Shown here in pieces: positions 10,291 through 22,410 of a DNA stretch of 64,000 bases; the first letter of the stretch is position 1; each line of letters starts with the position of its first letter. The stretch is taken from assembly GCF_044324875.1 (NCBI RefSeq), contig NZ_CP172185.1; one strand, 5' to 3'. The stretch comes from Escherichia coli. Lineage in GTDB: Bacteria > Pseudomonadota > Gammaproteobacteria > Enterobacterales > Enterobacteriaceae. Below the pieces are notes generated by a model. That model made no database searches and was not told the DNA's origin. It worked only from the letters and a program-made list of their open reading frames with translations. Position numbers and translations under genes: made by a program.

Positions 10291-10548
10291 ATGCAAACCG
10301 TTATTTTTGGTCGTCCGGGTTGCCCTTACTGTGTGCGTGCAAAAGATCTGGCTGAGAAATTGAGCAATGAACGCGATGATTTTCAGTATCAGTATGTAGA
10401 TATTCGTGCGGAAGGGATCACTAAAGAAGATCTACAACAAAAGGCAGGTAAACCCGTAGAAACCGTGCCGCAGATTTTTGTCGATCAGCAACATATCGGC
10501 GGCTATACCGATTTTGCTGCATGGGTGAAAGAGAATCTGGACGCCTGA
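10291..10548 (+). CDS. grxA: glutaredoxin 1
   Basis: MQTVIFGRPGCPYCVRAKDLAEK with the CPYC active site; SD GAGGAGAG upstream. Confidence 0.95.
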   Translation: MQTVIFGRPGCPYCVRAKDLAEKLSNERDDFQYQYVDIRAEGITKEDLQQKAGKPVETVPQIFVDQQHIGGYTDFAAWVKENLDA

Positions 10549-10557
10549 TCGTCTGAC

Positions 10558-10590
10558 AAGCCCTCGCGTTGAGGGCTTTATTGATTTTTT
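10558..10590 (+). terminator. rho-independent terminator after grxA (AAGCCCTC-GCGTT-GAGGGCTT then T-run); overlaps the ybjM 3' end
   Basis: Perfect 8-bp stem followed by TATTGATTTTTT. Confidence 0.7.
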
Positions 10591-10955
10591 CTGTGCTGTG
10601 GTTTAAACAAACTACTGATAAATAAGAAACACAGTGCCCCCAGCGCACACCAGAACACCGCACTTAATAACCATGCCAGCTCTTGCCAGAATGAGCGCGT
10701 CGGTGAAAAAAACAGCCGCATAATAAGCATTGAACAGGGTGCCGCCAGCATTGCGCCAAACAGAGGTTTCAGGACTTCTCTACGCTGTGAAAAGAAGCTG
10801 GCAACTGCTCCAGGAAGAATGAAAAACAGCAAGCCGATTTCAGGATGCCCGGCAGCCCGAAAAGCGCCTTTCATGTGCGTCGCCAGAAAAAGGCACACCA
10901 CAATGAAGAGGACAAAACAGCAGATTGCCCCCGCCCAACGTTGTTTATGTTTCAC
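10578..10955 (-). CDS. ybjM: inner membrane protein YbjM
   Basis: 125-aa hydrophobic ORF in the conserved position. Confidence 0.85.
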   Translation of the reverse strand: MKHKQRWAGAICCFVLFIVVCLFLATHMKGAFRAAGHPEIGLLFFILPGAVASFFSQRREVLKPLFGAMLAAPCSMLIMRLFFSPTRSFWQELAWLLSAVFWCALGALCFLFISSLFKPQHRKNQ

Positions 10956-11224
10956 TCGTTCCTCCTGACACTGCGTCTATCGAACACATTTTTCGCCAGT
11001 GTGGCGTTCAGTAAGATAAAGCCGCTTCGCATTCCATGCTAATATAGGCCAACGCAATTCATATAGCCGTTGATACCTAATGTGATTACACTAGTAAAAT
11101 ATATTGTTACTTTACTATCGTTTAGGTGCGCTGAATGAATCTGCGCCCTGAATTCTGGTAAAAAACATTATCGTAAATTACCATTTCTTTCAACAGCTTA
11201 CTAGTAAACAAGAAGTTAGCCTCC

Positions 11225-12910
11225 GTGAATATAAACGTCGCCGAATTGTTAAATGGGAATTACATTCTGTTATTATTTGTGGTCCTCGCGCTTGGGCTAT
11301 GTCTCGGGAAATTACGACTTGGTTCGATCCAACTGGGTAATTCCATTGGCGTTTTAGTCGTATCGCTGTTATTAGGCCAACAACATTTCAGCATTAACAC
11401 CGACGCGCTTAATCTTGGCTTTATGCTGTTTATTTTCTGCGTCGGGGTCGAAGCCGGACCGAACTTTTTTTCCATTTTTTTTCGCGATGGGAAAAATTAC
11501 CTAATGTTAGCACTGGTGATGGTTGGCAGTGCGCTGGTGATCGCCTTAGGGTTAGGTAAGCTGTTTGGCTGGGATATTGGCCTGACGGCCGGTATGTTAG
11601 CAGGCTCTATGACGTCGACACCGGTTCTGGTCGGTGCTGGCGATACACTGCGTCATTCCGGCATGGAAAACAGGCAGCTCTCACTGGCACTGGATAATCT
11701 GAGCCTCGGGTATGCCTTAACCTATTTAATCGGTCTGGTGAGTTTGATTGTTGGTGCGCGTTACTTGCCGAAATTGCAGCATCAGGACTTACAGACCAGC
11801 GCCCAGCAAATCGCCCGCGAACGTGGCCTGGACACTGATGCCAACCGTAAGGTTTATTTACCGGTGATCCGCGCCTACCGCGTCGGCCCGGAGCTGGTAG
11901 CCTGGACCGACGGCAAAAATCTGCGTGAACTGGGTATTTATCGACAAACTGGCTGTTACATTGAACGTATTCGGCGTAACGGGATTCTGGCAAATCCAGA
12001 CGGTGATGCCGTACTACAAATGGGCGATGAAATAGCGTTGGTAGGCTATCCTGACGCCCACGCCCGACTCGATCCCAGTTTCCGTAATGGCAAAGAAGTT
12101 TTCGATCGTGACCTTCTCGACATGCGTATCGTCACTGAAGAAGTGGTCGTTAAAAACCATAACGCTGTTGGCAAACGCCTGGCACAACTGAAGTTGACCG
12201 ATCACGGTTGCTTCCTTAACCGCGTCATACGTAGCCAGATTGAGATGCCGATTGATGACAACGTCGTGCTTAACAAAGGTGACGTTTTACAAGTCAGCGG
12301 CGATGCCCGCCGGGTAAAAACCATCGCCGATCGCATCGGCTTTATCTCGATTCACAGCCAGGTCACTGACTTGCTGGCATTCTGCGCCTTCTTTGTTATT
12401 GGGCTGATGATCGGGATGATCACCTTCCAGTTCAGCACATTCAGTTTCGGCATGGGGAACGCTGCCGGGTTGTTATTCGCCGGAATTATGCTGGGCTTTA
12501 TGCGTGCTAACCACCCGACCTTCGGTTACATTCCGCAGGGTGCATTAAGCATGGTGAAAGAGTTCGGCTTGATGGTGTTTATGGCAGGCGTTGGTCTGAG
12601 CGCCGGTAGCGGTATTAATAACGGCCTGGGCGCGATTGGCGGTCAGATGTTGATTGCCGGATTGATTGTCAGTCTGGTGCCCGTGGTTATCTGTTTCTTG
12701 TTCGGTGCTTATGTATTGCGAATGAACCGCGCACTGTTGTTCGGCGCAATGATGGGCGCACGCACCTGCGCGCCGGCAATGGAGATCATCAGTGATACAG
12801 CTCGCAGTAACATCCCGGCGCTGGGCTATGCGGGCACTTACGCAATCGCCAACGTCCTGCTGACGCTGGCAGGGACAATCATCGTCATGGTATGGCCAGG
12901 ATTAGGATAA
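11225..12910 (+). CDS. ybjL: putative transporter YbjL (two-repeat AAE-type transporter with TrkA-C domains)
   Basis: 561-aa ORF with N- and C-terminal membrane halves around a soluble domain. Confidence 0.9.
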   Translation: MNINVAELLNGNYILLLFVVLALGLCLGKLRLGSIQLGNSIGVLVVSLLLGQQHFSINTDALNLGFMLFIFCVGVEAGPNFFSIFFRDGKNYLMLALVMVGSALVIALGLGKLFGWDIGLTAGMLAGSMTSTPVLVGAGDTLRHSGMENRQLSLALDNLSLGYALTYLIGLVSLIVGARYLPKLQHQDLQTSAQQIARERGLDTDANRKVYLPVIRAYRVGPELVAWTDGKNLRELGIYRQTGCYIERIRRNGILANPDGDAVLQMGDEIALVGYPDAHARLDPSFRNGKEVFDRDLLDMRIVTEEVVVKNHNAVGKRLAQLKLTDHGCFLNRVIRSQIEMPIDDNVVLNKGDVLQVSGDARRVKTIADRIGFISIHSQVTDLLAFCAFFVIGLMIGMITFQFSTFSFGMGNAAGLLFAGIMLGFMRANHPTFGYIPQGALSMVKEFGLMVFMAGVGLSAGSGINNGLGAIGGQMLIAGLIVSLVPVVICFLFGAYVLRMNRALLFGAMMGARTCAPAMEIISDTARSNIPALGYAGTYAIANVLLTLAGTIIVMVWPGLG

Positions 12911-12952
12911 AACTGAAGTTGCCCTGAAAATGAAATTTTTTTGCACAACCGC

Positions 12953-12981
12953 AGAACTTTTCCGCAGGGCATCAGTCTTAA
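12953..12981 (+). promoter_or_regulatory. sigma-E type promoter of rybB (-35 GAACTT, -10 region GTCTTA)
   Basis: GAACTT about 16 nt upstream of TCTTA, just before the RybB 5' end; RybB is a known sigma-E regulon member. Confidence 0.6.
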
Positions 12982-12986
12982 TTAGT

Positions 12987-13065
12987 GCCACTGCTTTTCT
13001 TTGATGTCCCCATTTTGTGGAGCCCATCAACCCCGCCATTTCGGTTCAAGGTTGGTGGGTTTTTT
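12987..13065 (+). ncRNA. rybB: Hfq-dependent small RNA RybB
   Basis: GCCACTGCTTTTCTTTGATGTCCCCATTTTGTGGAGCCCATCAACCCCGCCATTTCGGTTCAAGGTTGGTGGGTTTTTT matches RybB as recalled, including the terminator hairpin and T-run, in the expected ybjL-rcdA intergenic position. Confidence 0.9.
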
Positions 13066-13084
13066 GTTGCCTATAATTTATCTA

Positions 13085-13621
13085 CTACCCTGCAACCCTC
13101 TCAACCATCCTCAAAATCTCCTCGCGCGATAGCGGCTTACGGTCGGTGACAAAATGCAGCGTCATCCCCTCAATAAACGCATCAAGCGCGCGGGCGGTTC
13201 CGGGTTCAAACCATTGTTCGAGCGTTTGCTGACTGCGCTGCATCCAGTTTTGCATTACCGTTTTTAATAGCGGTTTTCGGCTAGCCAGCGCGTAGAGCTG
13301 GTACATCAGCTCCATGTTATCCGGCGTTGCAACCTGTGAGCTGTAGATCATATCGGTGATAGCCTGGCATGCGCCTTGAGCATCACTAACATCGCTAAAA
13401 AATGCCTGATATTGCCGGGACATGATCTCAGTAAAACTGCTGAACGCCTCCAGCAACAACTCATCAATTCCTGAAAAATAGTAGGTCATCGACCCCAACG
13501 GTACCCCGGCAAGGGTAGCAATTTTGCGGTGCGTAACAGCATGTATTCCGTAAAGTTTCACCGCCTCCAGCGTGGCCTGGATAATTTTTTCTCGCCGTTG
13601 CGGATCGTTAGCGCGACGCAT
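13085..13621 (-). CDS. rcdA: TetR-family transcriptional regulator RcdA (YbjK)
   Basis: Start at [21 protein letters not shown] with an N-terminal TetR HTH; 178 aa. Confidence 0.88.
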   Translation of the reverse strand: MRRANDPQRREKIIQATLEAVKLYGIHAVTHRKIATLAGVPLGSMTYYFSGIDELLLEAFSSFTEIMSRQYQAFFSDVSDAQGACQAITDMIYSSQVATPDNMELMYQLYALASRKPLLKTVMQNWMQRSQQTLEQWFEPGTARALDAFIEGMTLHFVTDRKPLSREEILRMVERVAG

Positions 13622-13704
13622 GTCATTTCCTCTCTCTGCAATTGTGTACAAATGTACACAACCTTGCTAATGTTGTCTTCCCTCTTCTTATTTTGACGTG
13701 ATCT

Positions 13705-14913
13705 ATGACCGTAAATTCTTCACGTAATGCATTGAAACGCCGAACCTGGGCGCTGTTTATGTTCTTCTTTTTGCCGGGCCTGTTAATGGCGTCCTGGGCA
13801 ACCCGTACGCCTGCTATCCGCGATATTCTTTCTGTTTCGATCGCTGAAATGGGCGGAGTCCTCTTTGGTCTGTCGATCGGTTCAATGAGCGGTATTCTCT
13901 GCTCGGCGTGGTTAGTGAAACGCTTTGGGACGCGTAATGTCATCCTGGTCACGATGTCCTGCGCATTGATCGGGATGATGATACTAAGTCTGGCACTCTG
14001 GCTGACATCGCCCCTGCTCTTCGCGGTTGGCCTCGGCGTCTTTGGGGCAAGTTTTGGTTCTGCGGAAGTGGCGATAAACGTTGAAGGTGCTGCCGTTGAG
14101 CGAGAAATGAATAAGACGGTTTTGCCGATGATGCACGGTTTTTATAGCCTGGGCACGCTGGCAGGCGCTGGTGTCGGGATGGCACTGACGGCCTTTGGCG
14201 TTCCGGCAACGGTGCACATTTTATTGGCGGCGCTGGTAGGCATCGCGCCTATTTATATCGCCATTCAGGCAATCCCTGACGGTACGGGCAAAAATGCTGC
14301 CGATGGCACCCAGCATGGTGAAAAAGGCGTACCTTTTTATCGCGATATCCAGTTGCTGCTGATTGGTGTTGTGGTGCTGGCGATGGCCTTTGCCGAAGGT
14401 TCTGCCAACGACTGGTTACCCTTATTAATGGTTGACGGTCACGGTTTTAGCCCTACTTCCGGCTCGCTGATTTATGCCGGTTTTACCCTGGGGATGACTG
14501 TTGGACGCTTTACCGGCGGTTGGTTCATCGACCGTTACAGTCGCGTTGCCGTGGTTCGGGCCAGTGCACTAATGGGAGCGTTGGGTATTGGGCTGATTAT
14601 TTTTGTCGATAGCGCCTGGGTCGCTGGGGTGTCTGTTGTACTTTGGGGACTGGGTGCCTCGCTGGGCTTCCCGCTGACCATTTCTGCCGCCAGCGATACC
14701 GGCCCCGATGCACCAACCCGCGTCAGTGTGGTAGCAACGACCGGTTATCTGGCTTTCCTCGTCGGGCCGCCACTGCTGGGCTATCTCGGCGAACATTATG
14801 GATTACGTAGTGCAATGCTGGTTGTACTGGCGCTGGTTATTCTCGCGGCTATTGTCGCGAAAGCCGTCGCCAAACCCGATACCAAAACGCAGACGGCGAT
14901 GGAGAATAGTTGA
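13705..14913 (+). CDS. ybjJ: MFS transporter YbjJ
   Basis: 402-aa 12-TM ORF. Confidence 0.88.
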
Positions 14914-15728
14914 TGAGCATTAAATTAATTGCGGTAGACATGGATGGTACTTTCTTAAGCGATCAAAAAACCTATAACCGTGAGCGGTTTATGGCTCAGT
15001 ATCAGCAAATGAAAGCACAAGGCATTCGCTTTGTGGTCGCCAGCGGGAATCAATATTATCAGTTGATCTCTTTCTTTCCGGAAATTGCTAATGAAATAGC
15101 CTTTGTGGCTGAAAACGGCGGCTGGGTAGTGAGCGAAGGCAAAGATGTTTTTAATGGCGAGCTGTCGAAGGATGCGTTTGCTACTGTCGTGGAACATTTG
15201 CTGACGCGCCCGGAAGTGGAAATTATTGCCTGCGGAAAAAATAGCGCCTATACCCTCAAAAAATATGACGATGCCATGAAAACGGTGGCGGAAATGTATT
15301 ATCACCGTCTGGAATACGTCGATAACTTTGACAACTTAGAAGATATCTTCTTTAAGTTTGGTCTGAATCTTTCCGATGAACTGATTCCACAAGTACAAAA
15401 AGCATTACATGAGGCCATCGGCGATATTATGGTGCCGGTCCACACCGGCAACGGCAGTATCGATCTGATTATCCCCGGCGTACATAAAGCCAATGGCCTT
15501 CGCCAACTGCAGAAATTATGGGGAATAGACGACAGCGAAGTGGTGGTCTTTGGCGATGGCGGTAACGATATTGAGATGCTGCGTCAGGCAGGCTTTAGTT
15601 TTGCAATGGAAAATGCCGGCAGCGCGGTCGTCGCAGCGGCAAAATACCGGGCAGGCTCCAATAACCGTGAAGGCGTACTGGATGTGATCGATAAAGTGCT
15701 TAAACACGAAGCGCCATTTAACCAATAA
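14913..15728 (+). CDS. ybjI: HAD-family (Cof-type) phosphatase YbjI
   Basis: IAVDMDGT motif and C-terminal GDGGND; overlaps the ybjJ stop. Confidence 0.9.
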   Translation: MSIKLIAVDMDGTFLSDQKTYNRERFMAQYQQMKAQGIRFVVASGNQYYQLISFFPEIANEIAFVAENGGWVVSEGKDVFNGELSKDAFATVVEHLLTRPEVEIIACGKNSAYTLKKYDDAMKTVAEMYYHRLEYVDNFDNLEDIFFKFGLNLSDELIPQVQKALHEAIGDIMVPVHTGNGSIDLIIPGVHKANGLRQLQKLWGIDDSEVVVFGDGGNDIEMLRQAGFSFAMENAGSAVVAAAKYRAGSNNREGVLDVIDKVLKHEAPFNQ

Positions 15729-15812
15729 AACGGCAGCACGCCCGGCAACACAATACCTGAATGAAGGCTGCATAATTCGCGCAAATTAACCCGCTGCATT
15801 ATTTCAGGCGAA

Positions 15813-16097
15813 ATGATTATGAAAAATTGTCTACTGTTGGGCGCGCTTTTAATGGGCTTTACTGGTGTGGCGATGGCGCAAAGTGTCACCGTCGATGTGC
15901 CGAGTGGATACAAAGTGGTTGTGGTTCCTGATTCAGTCAGCGTTCCACAAGCGGTCAGCGTCGCGACTGTGCCGCAAACCGTCTATGTGGCTCCCGCGCC
16001 AGCTCCGGCTTACCGCCCGCATCCTTATGTTCGCCATCTTGCCAGCGTAGGTGAAGGGATGGTTATCGAACACCAGATTGACGACCATCACCATTAA
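15813..16097 (+). CDS. ybjH: small secreted protein YbjH
   Basis: 94-aa ORF with signal peptide; conserved position. Confidence 0.8.
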   Translation: MIMKNCLLLGALLMGFTGVAMAQSVTVDVPSGYKVVVVPDSVSVPQAVSVATVPQTVYVAPAPAPAYRPHPYVRHLASVGEGMVIEHQIDDHHH

Positions 16098-16137
16098 TTT
16101 GAGAATGCCTGATCGCACAAAGCAATCAGGCATTTTT

Positions 16138-17370
16138 TTATCCTTCGTGCGAATTTCCCATCTGTTTATCTTTTAAAAAGATAACCATCAGCAACAGCCA
16201 CAAAATTCCGTTGACAAGGTTGAAGAGATTAAACAGTCCGTTGCCCCCGTTCAGCCAGGCATGTTTGCTGATTTCAATACCGACGGTAAAGATCAGCATT
16301 TGCAGCATCCCCATCGCCGCAGAAACCGTACCTTTACTCATATCGCTGGCAAACAGAGTTAATCGCACCAGTCCCGCATTCGCCAGACCAATACCGAAAG
16401 CATAAAGACTTAACCCGGCGGCCATCCATAAATACGCATGCGATGAGATAACCGTTGCCGCAGCAGCGACCAACAGACCAATCATAATCGGCCAGCCGCC
16501 CATAATAATCAGCGAACGTACGGTGCGGCGCGAGGTCAGACGCGCTAACAGCAAGTTACCCGCAATTAACGCCCCGAAAATAGGCACTTGCAGCAAACCA
16601 TATTCATAGCTGCTTAACTGCTCGCCGGTAATGATGATAATCGGCGACTGGGCGATCCACGCCAGCAACGGCAAACTAACGAATCCCAGCGCCAGCGCCC
16701 CCGCAACAAAGCGACCGTTCTTCAGCACCAGCTTATAGTCACGACCGAGTTCTTTCAGCGACAGTTTCTCGCCTATACGCGTGGCGGTTTCAGGCATGGC
16801 TCGTTGCAGACCGAAAAAGGAGATCGCTGCCAATGCGGCAAACAAGACAAACATCCCTTCCCAGGGCAGCACATGGATCCACGCCGCGCCCACCAGCGGG
16901 CCAAGTAGTGGAGCAATCAGCGCCACGTTCGCCATCAGCGCGGTGATCTTGATACAAACCGCCTCTTCGAAGGATTCCTGAATTGCGGCGTATCCCACAG
17001 CGCCAATGAAACAGAGGCTTATGCCCTGCAAGAAGCGCAACAGAGTGAATTGTTCAATGTTTTGCGCCAGTAATATTGCCAGACAGGTGATGATAAACCA
17101 CACCACCCCCGCCAGCATCACCGGACGGCGACCAATACGATCCGACAGCGGCCCCAGGAGCCATTGTAAAAACATCCCGCCCGCCAGATATGCGGTCATC
17201 GAAGTAGGAACCCAATCAATGCCCGCCTGATATTGTTCCACCACGGCCAACATACCGGGTTGAATCATATCGTTGCCGATATAGGTTGAAAATTCGTACA
17301 GCACCAGACAGAGAGGGAAAAGTAACGCCTGACGTCCAAGCCTGGCACCGGAAGCTAATTTATTTTGCAT
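16138..17370 (-). CDS. mdfA: multidrug efflux MFS transporter MdfA (Cmr)
   Basis: Start at [19 protein letters not shown]; 410-aa 12-TM protein. Confidence 0.93.
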   Translation of the reverse strand: MQNKLASGARLGRQALLFPLCLVLYEFSTYIGNDMIQPGMLAVVEQYQAGIDWVPTSMTAYLAGGMFLQWLLGPLSDRIGRRPVMLAGVVWFIITCLAILLAQNIEQFTLLRFLQGISLCFIGAVGYAAIQESFEEAVCIKITALMANVALIAPLLGPLVGAAWIHVLPWEGMFVLFAALAAISFFGLQRAMPETATRIGEKLSLKELGRDYKLVLKNGRFVAGALALGFVSLPLLAWIAQSPIIIITGEQLSSYEYGLLQVPIFGALIAGNLLLARLTSRRTVRSLIIMGGWPIMIGLLVAAAATVISSHAYLWMAAGLSLYAFGIGLANAGLVRLTLFASDMSKGTVSAAMGMLQMLIFTVGIEISKHAWLNGGNGLFNLFNLVNGILWLLLMVIFLKDKQMGNSHEG

Positions 17371-17654
17371 GCAATTTCTTCGCCAATAATAATCGCGCAA
17401 AGTTTAATAAAAGCGCAGCTAACGAGAAAGCGAATTTTGTAGCTGAAACCACGGTTAAGCACATTCTTACATTATTGCGAGTATAGCTACGCTTTCTTTA
17501 AGTTTTATTTAACCTATGCCCGTTACAATCACCCACCGTAAACAGGCCGCTTGAGGGAAATAAGACGATGCCGCTTTACCCAGTTTAACCTGCACTTTAT
17601 TCTCAACGACTTGCCTGTATTGGCTCCCTTTTAATCACTTTGCGTCGGGAAGTT

Positions 17655-18251
17655 ATGCTGGAAAATTTGAATCTCTCTCTATTCTCTCTTATTAACGCGA
17701 CGCCAGACTCGGCTCCGTGGATGATCTCGTTGGCGATTTTTATTGCTAAAGATTTGATTACCGTGGTGCCGTTGCTGGCCGCGATACTTTGGTTGTGGGG
17801 GCTTACAGCACAACGGCAACTGGTGATAAAAATCGCTATTGCGCTGGCGGTCAGCCTGTTTGTGTCCTGGACGATGGGACATCTTTTTCCGCACGACCGC
17901 CCCTTTGTCGAAAATATCGGCTATAACTTCCTGCATCATGCGGCGGATGACTCATTCCCGAGCGATCACGGTACGGTGATTTTCACCTTTGCACTGGCAT
18001 TTTTATGCTGGCATCGCCTGTGGTCCGGCTCACTTTTAATGGTGCTGGCCGTCGTCATTGCCTGGTCGCGCGTTTATCTTGGCGTCCACTGGCCGCTGGA
18101 TATGCTCGGTGGATTGCTGGCAGGTATGATTGGCTGCCTTAGCGCCCAGATTATCTGGCAAGCGATGGGGCATAAACTCTATCAACGTCTGCAATCGTGG
18201 TATCGCTTCTGTTTTGCATTACCGATCCGCAAAGGCTGGGTGCGTGACTGA
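17655..18251 (+). CDS. ybjG: undecaprenyl-diphosphate phosphatase YbjG (PAP2 family)
   Basis: PAP2 motifs (PSDHG, SRVYLGVHWPLD); start at MLENLNL. Confidence 0.9.
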   Translation: MLENLNLSLFSLINATPDSAPWMISLAIFIAKDLITVVPLLAAILWLWGLTAQRQLVIKIAIALAVSLFVSWTMGHLFPHDRPFVENIGYNFLHHAADDSFPSDHGTVIFTFALAFLCWHRLWSGSLLMVLAVVIAWSRVYLGVHWPLDMLGGLLAGMIGCLSAQIIWQAMGHKLYQRLQSWYRFCFALPIRKGWVRD

Positions 18252-18308
18252 TCTCTGCTAAAAAGTGTAGTATTGAGCGGCTCGCTTCAATAACTATTCA
18301 GAGGGATT

Positions 18309-19067
18309 ATGGAAACACGTCGCGAAGAGCGTATCGGGCAGCTGCTGCAAGAATTAAAACGCAGCGATAAGTTACATCTTAAAGACGCCGCCGCCCTGCT
18401 TGGGGTTTCGGAGATGACGATTCGTCGCGATCTGAACAACCACAGTGCGCCCGTCGTTTTGCTCGGCGGCTATATTGTTCTGGAACCGCGCAGTGCCAGC
18501 CATTATCTGTTAAGCGATCAAAAATCCCGCCTGGTGGAAGAAAAACGCCGGGCGGCAAAACTGGCTGCGACGCTGGTAGAACCCGATCAGACCCTCTTTT
18601 TTGACTGTGGCACCACCACACCGTGGATTATTGAAGCGATTGATAATGAAATCCCTTTCACCGCCGTTTGTTATTCGCTAAATACCTTTCTGGCACTGAA
18701 AGAGAAACCTCATTGCCGCGCGTTTCTTTGCGGTGGTGAATTTCACGCCAGCAACGCCATTTTCAAACCCATCGATTTTCAGCAAACGCTGAATAATTTT
18801 TGCCCGGATATCGCTTTTTATTCCGCGGCGGGGGTGCATGTCAGTAAGGGCGCTACCTGTTTTAATCTTGAAGAGTTGCCGGTAAAACACTGGGCCATGT
18901 CGATGGCGCAAAAGCATGTGCTGGTTGTCGACCACAGTAAATTTGGCAAGGTGCGTCCGGCGCGCATGGGTGACCTGAAACGCTTTGATATTATGGTGAG
19001 CGATTGTTGCCCGGAAGATGAATATGTGAAGTACGCGCAGACGCAGCGTATTAAGTTGATGTATTAA
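18309..19067 (+). CDS. deoR: deoxyribose operon repressor DeoR
   Basis: 252 aa with N-terminal HTH (LHLKDAAALLGVSEMTIRRDL). Confidence 0.93.
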   Translation: METRREERIGQLLQELKRSDKLHLKDAAALLGVSEMTIRRDLNNHSAPVVLLGGYIVLEPRSASHYLLSDQKSRLVEEKRRAAKLAATLVEPDQTLFFDCGTTTPWIIEAIDNEIPFTAVCYSLNTFLALKEKPHCRAFLCGGEFHASNAIFKPIDFQQTLNNFCPDIAFYSAAGVHVSKGATCFNLEELPVKHWAMSMAQKHVLVVDHSKFGKVRPARMGDLKRFDIMVSDCCPEDEYVKYAQTQRIKLMY

Positions 19068-19075
19068 TGACGTAT

Positions 19076-19104
19076 AACCGGATGACGTTTCGCGCCATCC
19101 GGTT
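19076..19104. terminator. bidirectional hairpin between convergent deoR and dacC (AACCGGATG ... CATCCGGTT)
   Basis: 9-bp perfect stem with 11-nt loop in a 46-bp convergent intergenic region. Confidence 0.6.
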
Positions 19105-19113
19105 ATCAGAAGA

Positions 19114-20316
19114 TTAAGAGAACCAGCTGCCGAACCACTGATGGAATTTCATCATCACGAAATCCCACATCCGACCAAAGAATCCCCCCTCTTCCACATT
19201 TTCCATCACGATCAGCGGACGCTGCTCAATGGATTTACCGTTAAGCTGGAAATCAATGGTGCCGACAACCTGACCTTTTTTCAGCGGTGCGGTAAGCTGC
19301 GGTTCCGTTAACGTGTAGCTCGCTTTCAGGTTTTTCAGCTGCCCACGCGGTATGGTCACTGAGCCCGCTTCGCCTGCCCCGAGATTCACTTCGCTCTTAT
19401 CACCAAACCAGACGCGCTGAGTCACAAAGGTGGCATCAGGTTTAATTGGCGTCACGGTTTCAAAGAAGCGGAAACCCCAGGTCAATAATTTCTCAGACTC
19501 ATTAAAACGGATACGGTCAGTTTTCGCACCCAGTACTACGGAGATCAAACGCATATCGCCCTGGGTAGCCGAAGCAACCAGATTATATCCCGCGCCTGCC
19601 GTGGTTCCTGTCTTCATGCCATCAACATTCAGATTGCTGCTCCATAGCAGACGGTTACGGTTAGGCTGTCGAATTTTGTTGAAGGTGAACTCTTTCTCTT
19701 TATGAATGGCATACTCTTCCGGCACATCGTGGATCAATGCTTTACCCAGCAATGCCATATCGCGCGCGGTACTGAACTGCCCCGGCGCATCCAGACCGTG
19801 CACCGTCTGGAAGGTAGTGTTGGTCAGACCCAGTTTTTTGGCATAACCATTCATCAGACCAATAAATGACTCCTGGCTCCCGGCAACGTAATCGGCCAGC
19901 GCAATACAGGCGTCATTACCGGACTGGATAATTACACCTTTGTTCAGGTCTGCCACCGAAACCTGATCGCCCGGTTTAAGGAACATTACCGATGAACCAC
20001 GCAGTGCCGGATTTCCCGTCGCCCAGGCATCTTTACCGACCGTCACCATATCGGTGAGTTTAATCTTATCGGCCTTAAGCGCCTGCCCAACCACATAGCT
20101 GGTCATGATTTTAGTCAGGCTCGCGGGGTCCAGTTTTTCATCCGCATTGCCTTCTGCCAGCACTTTACCGCTGGCGTAATCCATTAAAATCCATGCACGC
20201 GCATCCACGCTCGGCGCTTCAACGGTTTGTTCCGCCGCGAATGCCGTTGGGGCAAAAAGGAATAAAAATGCAGAACCCGCTGCAAGACCACGAAGGAGAG
20301 AGGAGTATTGCGTCAT
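19114..20316 (-). CDS. dacC: D-alanyl-D-alanine carboxypeptidase DacC (PBP6)
   Basis: SLTK active-site motif, signal peptide; start at [10 protein letters not shown]. Confidence 0.93.
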   Translation of the reverse strand: MTQYSSLLRGLAAGSAFLFLFAPTAFAAEQTVEAPSVDARAWILMDYASGKVLAEGNADEKLDPASLTKIMTSYVVGQALKADKIKLTDMVTVGKDAWATGNPALRGSSVMFLKPGDQVSVADLNKGVIIQSGNDACIALADYVAGSQESFIGLMNGYAKKLGLTNTTFQTVHGLDAPGQFSTARDMALLGKALIHDVPEEYAIHKEKEFTFNKIRQPNRNRLLWSSNLNVDGMKTGTTAGAGYNLVASATQGDMRLISVVLGAKTDRIRFNESEKLLTWGFRFFETVTPIKPDATFVTQRVWFGDKSEVNLGAGEAGSVTIPRGQLKNLKASYTLTEPQLTAPLKKGQVVGTIDFQLNGKSIEQRPLIVMENVEEGGFFGRMWDFVMMKFHQWFGSWFS

Positions 20317-20562
20317 AAATGCCACCCGAGTATCCATTCAAAAAAAATACGTTATATCGCCGTATGATAAGTTCGGTGATTAATAACGCACACACAAACT
20401 TAAAGAAACCGTAAGTTGGTAAAGTTTTTAAAGTTTATGCAATATCCTGCCGCTTCGCTGCTTCTGGTGTCATTTTTTTGCCAGCTGTTGCTTAAAAGTT
20501 AACTTTACTTCACCATCGGAGTCCTGTTCAGCCTGTGGCTGCCTGTCGGAAAAGGGGTGAGT

Positions 20563-21189
20563 ATGATTACGCTGTGGGGTCGGAATAATTCAACCAACGT
20601 AAAAAAAGTATTGCTGACGCTCGAAGAACTGGAACTACCTTATGAGCAAATTCTCGCGGGCCGTGAGTTTGGGATAAATCACGATGCTGATTTTCTGGCG
20701 ATGAACCCTAACGGGCTGGTGCCGTTGTTGCGTGACGACGAAAGTGATCTCATTCTTTGGGAATCAAACGCCATTGTCCGCTATCTGGCGGCACAGTACG
20801 GGCAAAAACGCCTGTGGATCGACTCACCGGCACGTCGTGCGGAAGCAGAAAAATGGATGGACTGGGCAAACCAGACGCTCAGTAATGCTCATCGCGGGAT
20901 CCTGATGGGATTAGTCAGAACACCACCGGAAGAGCGCGATCAGGCCGCCATTGATGCCAGTTGTAAAGAGTGCGACGCCCTGTTTGCCCTGCTCGATGCG
21001 GAACTGGCAAAAGTAAAATGGTTCTCTGGCGACGAGTTTGGTGTGGGCGATATCGCTATCGCTCCGTTCATCTACAATTTGTTTAACGTTGGCCTGACCT
21101 GGACACCGCGTCCAAATCTGCAACGCTGGTATCAGCAACTCACTGAACGCCCCGCAGTGCGCAAAGTGGTGATGATTCCCGTTAGCTAA
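20563..21189 (+). CDS. gstB: glutathione S-transferase GstB (YliJ)
   Basis: 208 aa from [16 protein letters not shown]. Confidence 0.9.
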
Positions 21190-22300
21190 TTGCGTGGGCT
21201 AACTTTAAGTAATTCCCCACTGGACTCGTCGGTGAGAACGTATAAATAACCGTCGGGTCCAGTGCGAACATCACGAATTCGCTGCCCTCTGTCCGTTAAA
21301 ATACGGCCATCTTCTGTCACTTTGTCGCCGTTGACGCTCATCACAATGACATCTTTATCTTTCAGCGCGCCAATAAATAATTTTTGCTGCCACTGGGGGA
21401 ATTTATCGCTGTTATAGAAGGCCATGCCGCTCACGGCGGGCGAATCTTTCCAGTAAAAAACAGGTTGCTCGGTCCCGGCGACGATCTCCCCTTTCGCTTC
21501 CGGTATCTTAAAGCCTGAATAGTTGATTCCCCAGGTTGCCAGCGGCCAGCCGTAGTTTTTGCCTTTTTGCGGGATATTAATTTCATCGCCACCGCGCGGG
21601 CCATGTTCATTCAGCCATAGTGCATTACTCCACGGATTCATCGCCATTCCTTGCGGATTACGAATGCCATAAGACCAGATCTCGGCGCGCGCACCGGATT
21701 CCTTTATAAAAGGATTATCATCCGGGATTTGCCCTGGTCGGTCAGACGCACCAGTTTGCCCTGTAATTTATCCAGATCCTGCGCCGTCGGGCGCTGATTG
21801 TTTTCGCCCAGAGCAATAAAAAGATAACCTTTACCGTCGAATACCAGCCGCCCGCCAAAATGGTTGCCGGTAGACAGTTTTGGCATCTGGCGAAAGACGG
21901 TGCGGAAGTCGGTCACCTTTGAGAGATCATCACTTAAGCGGCCATAACCCACAGCAGTTCCGGCTTTGCCATCATCGCCAACTTCGGAATAACTTAACCA
22001 GATGCGGCGAGACTGAGCAAAATCAGGCGCTAAAACCACATCCAGCAGGCCACCCTGCCCGTGCGCCCAAACTTCCGGCACTCCGGAAAGCGGCGCAGAT
22101 AATCCTTTTCCTGCTTGCCAGTGACGCAACTCGCCGCCGCGCAGAGTGATTAACATACCGTGATTGTCGGGTAAAAAGGCCAGCGCCCAGGGATGGTCGA
22201 GTTTGTCCTGCAGTACTTCGACATTTACCGTTGCAGGAGCCGCCCAGAGAGCGGAAGAAAGACAAATAAGGGGCACAAGGAAAAAGGATTGTCGATGCAT
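21186..22300 (-). pseudogene. yliI: soluble aldose sugar dehydrogenase YliI, split by a frameshift near 21710-21735 into 198-aa and 153-aa ORFs
   Basis: Upstream frame ends ...LTDQGKSRMIILL-stop; the adjacent frame is open from QIPDDNPFIKESGARAEIWSYGIRNPQG into MAMNPWSN...; a single-base indel would restore one ~371-aa beta-propeller protein. Confidence 0.8.
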
Positions 22301-22383
22301 AACGCCTCCGGATTGACTCTGGCTTAAAGCGTAGTCAGTGGAGGAGATAACAAATTCATTTTTACAAAAACTTAAACATGAAG

Positions 22384-22403
22384 GGGGAGACGCTTTCTCC
22401 CCC
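22384..22403 (-). terminator. hairpin GGGGGAGA-CGCT-TCTCCCCC downstream of bssR
   Basis: Perfect 8-bp GC-rich stem followed by a T-rich tract on the minus strand. Confidence 0.65.
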
Positions 22404-22410
22404 TTAGTTT

